Of a stretch of DNA of 42,533 bases, positions 35,010 through 42,312 are shown piece by piece. Source of the DNA: a virus. Taxonomy: Duplodnaviria > Caudoviricetes. Location of the stretch: IMG/VR virus record IMGVR_UViG_3300036945_000346, positions 1 through 42,533 of that record. One strand, given 5' to 3'. Every line of letters starts with the position of its first letter. Position 1 is the stretch's first letter. The notes under the pieces were generated by a model. The model searched no databases. It saw nothing but the letters and a program-made list of their open reading frames with translations, and was not told where the DNA came from. The translations under genes were made by a program, and so were the position numbers.

Positions 35010-35485
35010 CGGGAAAGGATTTGATTGGCTCTGGCAAGGATGCTTCTGCGTTTGCTGTCAAGCCAAACATATGTGTGACTAAAGTTTTTGTTGTATGCAC
35101 CACGGAAACCCATATTGTAAGCCATATATAAGCCAATAGGGGTGACCTTGATTTTTGCTTTCAACATTTGTTTCTCCAGAATTTGGAGATAGGTTCTGCT
35201 GATAAGACGGCTGATGTCTGGGTCTTTGGCAAACTTCTTGTGGTTGTCTGAGACTTCCTCCCAAGAATAAACACAGGCATAATTATTGCGGTCTAGATAT
35301 TGGCAGGACTCACGCCAACTGGCTTCGTGCATCTGCCATGCACCGATAGCCTTGCCCTTGTCCCCAACGGCTTCGTAATTGTAGTTAGACTCAATGATTG
35401 CCACAAGGTCAATGAAGTCTTCTGTGACAATAGACTTAGCCTCAGCAGAGGAACAGCCAAGCAGGAAGGCAAGTAGTCGTTTCAT
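35006..35485 (-). CDS. Lysozyme-like / lytic transglycosylase with signal peptide
   Basis: IESNYNYEAVGDKGKAIGAWQM...AYNMG. Confidence 0.82.
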   Translation of the reverse strand: MKRLLAFLLGCSSAEAKSIVTEDFIDLVAIIESNYNYEAVGDKGKAIGAWQMHEASWRESCQYLDRNNYACVYSWEEVSDNHKKFAKDPDISRLISRTYLQILEKQMLKAKIKVTPIGLYMAYNMGFRGAYNKNFSHTYVWLDSKRRSILARANQILSR

Positions 35486-35531
35486 AGGAGGGTGATAGAA
35501 AGAAATGGTATTACTTGGTCAAGAAGAAAGT

Positions 35532-36200
35532 TCAGCCTACGCCTACTGCACGATAATAATCCTTGAGCCTACGAATAAGGGCAACGCCCGTCTCCTTGTC
35601 ACGGTTGTCGAATCTGTCAAGCAAAGTCGAGCCGTTAAAGTTCGTGCTGATGATGGTAGCCCTACGGCTGGTGCTACGCTCGTCTACGATGGCGAACAGG
35701 TCGGAAGCCATACGCTGGGTGAGACGCTCCTTGCCGAAGTCATCGAGGATGAGCAAGGGGCAGGTGATAAGGTAGTCGATGGCAGAGCCGTGCTTGCGGT
35801 CTTCAAAGCCCTTCTCGATTACTGTTTCAAGTTTCCGCATCGTGAGGAATTCAAACTTCAGTTGCTTGTCCTTCTTGGTTTCCTCTGCCCAGAGACGCTT
35901 AATGATTTCCCAGATGCCACGGGTCTTGCCCACGCCTGTCGTGCCGTGTAATAGTAATCCAGATACATCACCTTGTGGCATCCAGTCTAGTGCGGTTTGA
36001 ATCTTAGGATGGAGGCGAGTCACATCCGTATCTAGAAAAATTTGAGGGATAGCAGGGGGTACGGTAGAGTCTACCAGACCAGCCAGCGTCACTCGCTCCA
36101 TATCCAGATGCTCACGGCAATGATGCCAGCGGACAAGTGAGTGGTCAGCCTTGGCGAACAACGCACCCCTGCGACCACAATGACAGGCGATGTCGCTCAC
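35532..36200 (-). CDS. DnaC/IstB-like ATPase (helicase loader)
   Basis: Walker A GTTGVGKT, LLILDDFGKE, IVDER, TIISTN, RRL. Confidence 0.9.
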   Translation of the reverse strand: MSDIACHCGRRGALFAKADHSLVRWHHCREHLDMERVTLAGLVDSTVPPAIPQIFLDTDVTRLHPKIQTALDWMPQGDVSGLLLHGTTGVGKTRGIWEIIKRLWAEETKKDKQLKFEFLTMRKLETVIEKGFEDRKHGSAIDYLITCPLLILDDFGKERLTQRMASDLFAIVDERSTSRRATIISTNFNGSTLLDRFDNRDKETGVALIRRLKDYYRAVGVG

Positions 36201-36415
36201 GATTGATTCCCGTCTAGCAGACCAAGGGCTTCGTCAAGTTTAGTGTCAAGGTAAGCGACATTGTTCTTCAGACGCTCGACCTCGCTCTTGAGGAATGCGA
36301 CCTCTTGGCAATGGTCGGCAAAGGTAACCCAAGCATCTGGTTCGGCTGACGAACAGGAGATGAGTTGGCTCTTACAGGCGATGCCCGTGAGTTTGTAGAC
36401 AATGAAGTTGCTCAT
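36197..36415 (-). CDS. Hypothetical protein with LKSEVERL module
   Basis: 72-aa ORF; shares the coiled-coil module of 31764-32753. Confidence 0.65.
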   Translation of the reverse strand: MSNFIVYKLTGIACKSQLISCSSAEPDAWVTFADHCQEVAFLKSEVERLKNNVAYLDTKLDEALGLLDGNQS

Positions 36416-36420
36416 AGGAG

Positions 36421-37119
36421 TTAGAATGCTTCGTGGTCTCTGGCGGTCAAGACATTTGTATTACCTTTGCCAAATACTTGCTTGGGTTCAAAGAGACCCT
36501 GCCAGCCCTGCTTGATGGACTGCTCGATGCTGGCGATGGACTTGGCTTCACCCCAAGCCACGAACTCCTTGAACTGTGCCTGTACGCTGGAGTCGGTAAG
36601 TTTCTTCTTCATCTCCTTGCGATAGACTACCCAAGACTTCCAAGAGGCAATGAAAGCATCAGAACCAAATGGCAAACAAACAATCCATCCTAGTTCTTTC
36701 CCTGTATCTTTATCTCCTTTATTATCTTCTTTGTTATATGTATGCGGTTTTCCGCATCCCCCCCCTGCGGTTTTCTTCACCCCCCCCGTGCGGTTTTCCG
36801 CATCCCCCTCTGAACGGGTGACCTGCGTTGATGCCAAGGCATTTGTCAGAGCAACCTTCTCGACAGTACGGATGACCCTGTGACCCCCGCAAGCGACACG
36901 GAGGATGAGTTTAGCGTCCTCAAGTTCAGACAGGATGGTCTGTAGTTGACGCACAGATAGCCCTAGGTGACGAGATAGGTAGGCGTTTGAGGCAAAGCAC
37001 CCATCCTCGTTGTCAAGGGCATCTACGACCCCGTAGACCACCTTGGCGGTTAGGCTGATGGTAGGGGTCTGAAAGACGCTGGAAGGAATCCAAACTCCCG
37101 TGAACTTAGGTTCGCTCAC
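36421..37119 (-). CDS. Replication initiator (lambda O-like, N-terminal wHTH)
   Basis: GTG start overlapping the previous stop; GCFASNAYLSRHLGLSVRQLQ HTH; C-terminal SIKQGWQGLF; internal iterons. Confidence 0.82.
   Translation of the reverse strand: MSEPKFTGVWIPSSVFQTPTISLTAKVVYGVVDALDNEDGCFASNAYLSRHLGLSVRQLQTILSELEDAKLILRVACGGHRVIRTVEKVALTNALASTQVTRSEGDAENRTGGVKKTAGGGCGKPHTYNKEDNKGDKDTGKELGWIVCLPFGSDAFIASWKSWVVYRKEMKKKLTDSSVQAQFKEFVAWGEAKSIASIEQSIKQGWQGLFEPKQVFGKGNTNVLTARDHEAF
36743..36809. repeat. Replication origin iterons (3 x 23 bp) next to an AT-rich tract
   Basis: TGCGGTTTTCCGCATCCCCC-type units start at 36743, 36766 and 36789; pyrimidine/AT-rich tract at ~36690-36742. Confidence 0.78.
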
Positions 37120-37931
37120 AGGGACAGTTCGATGACCTCGTCCGAGTACGCCTTCCAGATGCCTGAGGAGGTACACGCACCGTACTCGATGACCAAGTCT
37201 TCCCAGCGTCCAGCGGACTTCAGCAGGGACTCAGCGGAAATACTGTAAACAGCAACGGCATAGGGTGGCTTCTTTTCCACACAAATAAAGTTAAACTGAT
37301 TTACAGGCTTGCCAGCATTCTGGAGCAACCAGCCGTACTGCACATCTTGGAAGTCATAACGCCTGTCCCAGATTGCTCGCTTGAAGCCTTCGGGCGAGGC
37401 ATCTTCACAGGTCTTGATATCGTTTACAAATCCACGCTTGGAATCGTAAGCATCAATCAGACCCTTCAGACGGACATCACCGTATGGCGTGGGGTAAGTG
37501 CCGAACACAGGCAACTCTTTGTAGTCAGACTCAGCCAGCAGGACGCAAGCCTTGGGGTGAGCGATGACGCTAGAACGCATCGAGAACAGTTGGGCTTCCT
37601 GTTCCACATTGATAATGAACTTGCCAGCGTTCTCGACAGCAAAGGACTCATTGTAAGCCTTACCTTCCTTAGACCGCCCGTCCACTTTGAGTTTAACAGC
37701 GTAGAGGTCTTTAGCCTGTTCGGGCTGGAGCAAGAGAGCGTGGAAGACAGAACCCAGAATCATTGCGTCCGAGGGTTCGTGCTGTTCCTCCGTGGAGGCG
37801 AGGTAGTGGGCTGGAGACTTGTGGAAAATCTTCAGCGAGGACTGCGAGAGTCCGATTGCTTTGCGGTAGTCGGCTTCCGTCATTCCTGCACAGAATGCAG
37901 GGTCAGAGCCTTGAGCGAGGTTGTGGTTCAT
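37116..37931 (-). CDS. Exonuclease VIII-like (DUF3799, PD-(D/E)xK)
   Basis: LSQSSLK...SPAHY, LGSVFHALLL, KGLID, DIKT, FICVEKKPPY; ATG start at 37931. Confidence 0.9.
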   Translation of the reverse strand: MNHNLAQGSDPAFCAGMTEADYRKAIGLSQSSLKIFHKSPAHYLASTEEQHEPSDAMILGSVFHALLLQPEQAKDLYAVKLKVDGRSKEGKAYNESFAVENAGKFIINVEQEAQLFSMRSSVIAHPKACVLLAESDYKELPVFGTYPTPYGDVRLKGLIDAYDSKRGFVNDIKTCEDASPEGFKRAIWDRRYDFQDVQYGWLLQNAGKPVNQFNFICVEKKPPYAVAVYSISAESLLKSAGRWEDLVIEYGACTSSGIWKAYSDEVIELSL

Positions 37932-37963
37932 CCCCGACACAGAAACAAATGGTAATACGCCTG

Positions 37964-38329
37964 TCAACTCTTCTTTCGTCTGGCTCTTGCTTTTTTATTC
38001 CGTCTCAATCGTTTCTCATCTAGCGTTTTGTGAGTAGGATGGATTTCCTTACGCTGACAGGCTGAGAAGTGATTCCAATAAGACAGAACCTTATTCACAA
38101 AATCATACCTTGTTTTATCACGCTTTGCCCTGTTCGCTAAGTTTGAAATCTTACCTTCAATGCCATTACAGTTTCCGCAAAGCACCCCACGGATATGACC
38201 CGTCTGGTGATTGTGGTCGAGGCAGGGAACTACAGTTTTTAAGTCAATATCGCACAGCCAGCACTTGCCAGCCTGTTCAGCGATTATCTTTTCCCGCATA
38301 GCAGGGATGTCTGAATTCTTAATCCTCAT
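37964..38329 (-). CDS. Recombination endonuclease VII
   Basis: CWLC...LDHNHQTGHIRGVLCGNCN. Confidence 0.9.
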   Translation of the reverse strand: MRIKNSDIPAMREKIIAEQAGKCWLCDIDLKTVVPCLDHNHQTGHIRGVLCGNCNGIEGKISNLANRAKRDKTRYDFVNKVLSYWNHFSACQRKEIHPTHKTLDEKRLRRNKKARARRKKS

Positions 38330-38430
38330 TTCTTCTTCTTAGACGGGAAGCAAGAACCAATGGTTGAAATTACAAGTAAAATCCCTTGTAAGGCAACCAG
38401 AAAGAAAAAGCCTAATGCGAGTAGTTCCAT
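38326..38430 (-). CDS. Small membrane peptide, 34 aa (MELLALGFFFLVALQGILLVISTIGSCFPSKKKK)
   Basis: Translated by hand; TM segment plus poly-Lys tail; ATGA coupling. Confidence 0.6.
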   Translation of the reverse strand: MELLALGFFFLVALQGILLVISTIGSCFPSKKKK

Positions 38431-38476
38431 AGCCAGTATAGTCTTTATGCTTGCTTTTGTGCTGTCAACACGGATA

Positions 38477-38959
38477 ATGACAAATAATTTTATGGATTAC
38501 GAGTCAAGCCCAGAACGCCTTTCTACCAACCCCTCCCACAAGCGGACGGGTAAGCGACTGCCCAAGGAGACGCAGGAGAAGGTACAGGAGATGCTCAAGG
38601 ACGGGTCTGGTGCTAGGGAGATTAACCAAGCCACGGGGGTGAACCGCACAACCGTAATTGCGATGCGACAGAACATGGAGTCCAATTCTGAATTCCAGTT
38701 AGGCACTTGGAAAAAGCAAACTGCCTCCTTGATGTCACAAATCGTAAGCAGGGGTTCGACCCGTTTGTTAGAGGAAATTGAAAACATCCCCGCTGGTCAG
38801 TTGCCCCTAGCCATCGCCATTATGACCGACAAGGTGCTGGCTCTACAGGACGCTCCTACGGTCATTGTAGAGCATCGCCTACGGGTCAGCCACGAAGACA
38901 TCAACTCGATGCTGAAGGGCGAGGTCATTGATTTGCCCCCTGCAAAAGAAATCCCTTGA
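38477..38959 (+). CDS. HTH protein, possible terminase small subunit
   Basis: N-terminal HTH (GSGAREINQATGVNRTTV), helical oligomerisation-like segment LAIAIMTDK and beta tail TVIVEHR. Confidence 0.55.
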   Translation: MTNNFMDYESSPERLSTNPSHKRTGKRLPKETQEKVQEMLKDGSGAREINQATGVNRTTVIAMRQNMESNSEFQLGTWKKQTASLMSQIVSRGSTRLLEEIENIPAGQLPLAIAIMTDKVLALQDAPTVIVEHRLRVSHEDINSMLKGEVIDLPPAKEIP

Positions 38960-38994
38960 CAAAGTAATACTGCTTTGTTTATTGGGTATTCTGT

Positions 38995-39258
38995 ATGTAT
39001 CAATACAGATTCAAAAACCTTAACATCAAGCACGATGGTCTTGACCTTTTGGTCAATGGCTCTGCTGGATACACTATCGAAGACTACGAGGAGGACGGCA
39101 AGCAAGCCCTCTTTGAGACCGCTGACCTCTACGATGCTCTCGGCAAGGACGGCTATATTATCTCAAAGGAGGTTTTAGGTCACATCGCTGACAGCGTAGT
39201 TGAAACTTTAAACAGGGATTCGTACCTCTGTCGCACCCTAGGCGGGAAGTTAGTTTAA
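38995..39258 (+). CDS. Hypothetical protein, apparent paralog of 39884-40153
   Basis: Own TTGACA at 38956; shares NG.A.Y.IE and DS..E.LN....LC..L.G motifs. Confidence 0.7.
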   Translation: MYQYRFKNLNIKHDGLDLLVNGSAGYTIEDYEEDGKQALFETADLYDALGKDGYIISKEVLGHIADSVVETLNRDSYLCRTLGGKLV

Positions 39259-39295
39259 AATAACAAAGCCCACCAGCCATATCTGGTGAGCCTTG
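39255..39295 (-). terminator. Rho-independent terminator between convergent units
   Basis: Minus strand CAAGGCTCACCAG-atatgg-CTGGTGGGCTTTG followed by TTATTTT. Confidence 0.65.
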
Positions 39296-39330
39296 TGAAC
39301 TCTGACTTTATATGGGAAGTTAGTTCAGTA

Positions 39331-39561
39331 TCATTTTGATTCTTGGGATTCGATGTAGGAGATTCGTTCAAGGTTTCCTTTGAGGAATCGCACGACCTCC
39401 TCACAAGCGTAGGACTCCCTGCCAGCCTCATCCAGAGCGTCTTCCCATTCGTGTTCTTCCTGTTTGCCCTGTGAGTCCAAGATTTCTTTGAACTCCCTGC
39501 GAGCGACCTTGAGGTTAGCCTCAGCGATTTTAATCAGCAACTGAATGGTCTTGGTGTCCAT
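39331..39561 (-). CDS. Hypothetical helical protein
   Basis: Likely start MDTKTI. Confidence 0.65.
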   Translation of the reverse strand: MDTKTIQLLIKIAEANLKVARREFKEILDSQGKQEEHEWEDALDEAGRESYACEEVVRFLKGNLERISYIESQESK

Positions 39562-39562
39562 A

Positions 39563-39868
39563 TTAGGGCTTGTTGGCATCGATGAGTTCCTGTTCCTTGC
39601 TGGCGTAGAACTCAAGGAGTTCCTGCGAAGGGTAAGTGCCAACCGTCCACATCTTATTAGAATCATAAACGAAAATCTGCATAAGGTGGAAAGTCATAGT
39701 CACATACTTGGTTTCGGATTCAGCCCAAGCCTTGCGTTCTTTTACAAGTTCCAGCATATCAATACTGCTTGTGAATTGATAGCAGGTGTGACCGATGAGA
39801 CTGCCGTCAGATTTGTTCATCATCGTGCTGTGCAGAAGCCAGCCAGCGTGGGATTTGTTGATTTGCAT
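39563..39868 (-). CDS. Hypothetical protein
   Basis: 101 aa with A/C-rich leader. Confidence 0.65.
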   Translation of the reverse strand: MQINKSHAGWLLHSTMMNKSDGSLIGHTCYQFTSSIDMLELVKERKAWAESETKYVTMTFHLMQIFVYDSNKMWTVGTYPSQELLEFYASKEQELIDANKP

Positions 39869-39883
39869 TTGGTTTTATTTGGG

Positions 39884-40153
39884 TTAGGAAAGGTATTCTC
39901 CAGCGAGGTAGTCGCAGAGTTCGTAGTTATCGTTTAGGTTATCTAGGATAGAATCCTGTAGAGCCTTGATGTCGTCTTTTGTTAATCCCGTTTCGACCTT
40001 GGGGTCAAAGGGCGTTGCGATGAAACTCCAATCAAGGATTTTTACCTTGGTGAAGCGAGCGAAACTGCCTTCGACTTCGTATGTAGCGAAGCCATTGATT
40101 TTTACGGTGCGGTCACCGAGGTCGATTTCTTGATTTTCTAATGGGTAACGCAT
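39884..40153 (-). CDS. Hypothetical protein, apparent paralog of 38995-39258
   Basis: Likely start MRYPLEN. Confidence 0.65.
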   Translation of the reverse strand: MRYPLENQEIDLGDRTVKINGFATYEVEGSFARFTKVKILDWSFIATPFDPKVETGLTKDDIKALQDSILDNLNDNYELCDYLAGEYLS

Positions 40154-40157
40154 AGGA

Positions 40158-40445
40158 TTATTGTTTGAGGTAAAGGCAGATGACCTTGGTGTGGTTTTTG
40201 GTGCAGGAGATTTCTGCTTCAAAGATGTAATCATCTTGGGATTCAATTTCGTATTTACCGCTGGATAGTTTTTCAAGGGCTTTTTTAACTTCTTTAGGAT
40301 TCTCCTGTGCCGTGTAGTATTCGCCCCCGCACCCGCATCGGCAACAGTTGCCCTTACCGATGTAGACTTTATCTACTTTGTCGAAGGTGATTTCCGTGTT
40401 CGTCTTTTGGACGAGTGGCGTGTGGTGGATGAAGTATGAGTCCAT
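40158..40445 (-). CDS. Hypothetical protein with CCRCGC motif
   Basis: VYIGKGNCCRCGCGGEY, possible metal binding. Confidence 0.7.
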   Translation of the reverse strand: MDSYFIHHTPLVQKTNTEITFDKVDKVYIGKGNCCRCGCGGEYYTAQENPKEVKKALEKLSSGKYEIESQDDYIFEAEISCTKNHTKVICLYLKQ

Positions 40446-40499
40446 ATGAGTAGTGTGGTTAGGTGTTGGAGTATTACAAGAAGTATTTTAAGAAAGTTC

Positions 40500-40529
40500 G
40501 GGGGAGAGTTTAGCCTCCCCTTTTTATTA
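40500..40529. terminator. Hairpin terminator (possibly bidirectional)
   Basis: GGGGAG-agtttagc-CTCCCC with a T-tract on the + strand side. Confidence 0.5.
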
Positions 40530-40554
40530 TGGGTTGGTGCATTATGAAATTGAA

Positions 40555-40643
40555 TTGCCCACGACAGCACCCATCTGTAACCGCATTTGATGATTCAGAA
40601 AACAGCGGACTTCGTTGCCTATAATCCGTACTGCCGTGAGCAA
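40555..40643 (-). ncRNA. Structured RNA of unknown class
   Basis: 16-bp closing stem with three G-U pairs valid only on the minus strand; two internal hairpins. Confidence 0.6.
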
Positions 40644-40761
40644 AGTTAATTAGGAAAGCGTTATGCTTTTACCTTTTATTCTGACTCTGGTTAGACCAAT
40701 CGCAGAAAAAAGAACCTAAATTTTCCCGCATAAAGGGGAGTTACCCCCTGCCTTTTACTGT

Positions 40762-40956
40762 TTACTTATTGCCGAGGATGTAACCAGCGAGGGCTTCGTC
40801 CAAGGTTTTCTTATTTCCGTTATGTTCAGCCAAGGCTTGCAGTACCTTACGCTCTACGAGGCGGTCTAGGGCTTCTAGGAAGCCTTTGCCAGCCCGTTTG
40901 CCGTGGGTGTTAGCGAGTTTCTTGACCGTACTTGCTTTGATGTAGTGTAGGCTCAT
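40762..40956 (-). CDS. Histone-fold protein (bacterial/phage histone-like), 64 aa
   Basis: Short alpha1 (ASTVKKLA), L1 GKRAG, long alpha2 (FLEALDRLVERKVLQAL), L2 NKKTL and D, short alpha3; basic. Confidence 0.7.
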   Translation of the reverse strand: MSLHYIKASTVKKLANTHGKRAGKGFLEALDRLVERKVLQALAEHNGNKKTLDEALAGYILGNK

Positions 40957-41051
40957 ATGCGGGATGTGAAAGAACAGAAAGGATTCAATCTACTGTAATA
41001 CCAGAGTCAAACAAAAAGAAGGGGTTAGTAACTTCCCCCCTCGGCTTAGGA

Positions 41052-41477
41052 TTAGCGGACGATGAAATCAATCTTCACGCTGTTCAGCATAAATGACTTC
41101 ACTTCTTTGCGGACGATGCCTTCCAGTTCCTCCGTGTCACCGAAGGAAGCCTTGTCCATATCGTCAACGACTTCCTTGACCTTATCAGTCAAGTCGAGGT
41201 CTTCGACAGCGGACTCAACAGCATCCGAAACCTTGCTTTCAATTTCATCATCAACATAGGACTGGGAGACGATGTCGTTGTCATTAATGTAGGATTCGAT
41301 TCGGTCATTGATGTCGTCCTCGCTGATATAGTTGTCCATATCGGGAGTTTCGATTTCATCGACCTTCTCATTGAGGTCAGCGAGAGCCTTGTTCAGATTC
41401 TCGTTTTCCTTTTTGAGACGCACGACCTCAGCGACCAGCGTGTTCAGACCCAGCAGGTTAATAATCAGTTTTTTCAT
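41052..41477 (-). CDS. Highly acidic coiled-coil early protein
   Basis: Start MKKLII after an A/C-rich leader; D/E-rich central region. Confidence 0.72.
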   Translation of the reverse strand: MKKLIINLLGLNTLVAEVVRLKKENENLNKALADLNEKVDEIETPDMDNYISEDDINDRIESYINDNDIVSQSYVDDEIESKVSDAVESAVEDLDLTDKVKEVVDDMDKASFGDTEELEGIVRKEVKSFMLNSVKIDFIVR

Positions 41478-41978
41478 ATCGGTTTTTTGTTTTTGGTTTT
41501 TGGTATCTCCCTCCCGCAAGATTGCGGGTTTAGGAAAAGTAGACTAAGAAAGAGCAGGTAGGGCGAGGTCACTCCCTACATCTACAATGAAAAGACTTTT
41601 TACCTTTAGGGCAACGCCTTTTATCAATGCTCTTTACCTATTAGCAGTCCTTATGTTCAGCATAAGTTTATCTCAGATTATAATATTATAATAAAATTAT
41701 AAATAACTACCTGTGGTTTATTATAGAATTATAAAGAGACGCTGGATTCTAAATTTATATCCCGAATCCTGTTAACCTAACCTATGATTCGCTGATTAGA
41801 AAACAGGTAGCAGGTAGCGTGCCAAGTCCCTATACATAATTGTAAATAAGATGTAAAAATGTAAAGAGCCTCTACAATCGGTTCTAAGGGGGGTATGGCA
41901 AGACCCTATACCTACCCCTAGGCTGACCCTTGCAAGAGCCTTGTAGGGCAACTGTGCAAGAAGTTGTAAAGCGTTGTA

Positions 41979-41991
41979 AATCAACGACTTA
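41979..41991 (+). promoter_or_regulatory. IHF consensus site
   Basis: AATCAACGACTTA matches WATCAANNNNTTR. Confidence 0.55.
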
Positions 41992-42080
41992 CAGAGGTAG
42001 GTGAACAGATGTTCAATCAAGCACAAAACAGGGGGTCAAATGCTGGTATAAGCAATCCTAATGCACCGTGTAGAATCTCT

Positions 42081-42162
42081 AATCATAGGTCTGTCAAGGG
42101 GTATTCGGGTCGAATCATAGGTCGCTCGCCTAGGATTGGAATCTAATCCTGTAATCATAGGT
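42081..42162. repeat. AATCATAGGT decamer repeats
   Basis: Direct copies at 42081, 42113 and 42153; inverted copy at 41780-41789. Confidence 0.75.
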
Positions 42163-42312
42163 AAGGATATAATGTATCAACCATATACCAATCATATAAT
42201 TGTAAAAAGATGTAAAAATGCGATTAGACCCCTCTGGCTTCGATTCTGCGGGGGGTATGCAAAGGGTCTATACCCTGCTATCAACTTTCCGTTCACCTGT
42301 ACGCCTGTTCAC

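Noticed and set aside
40555-40643. SAM-I riboswitch (GGCAAC and AGAUG words)
   Set aside because: No AUC-AGAG P1/J1-2, kink-turn or matching P3
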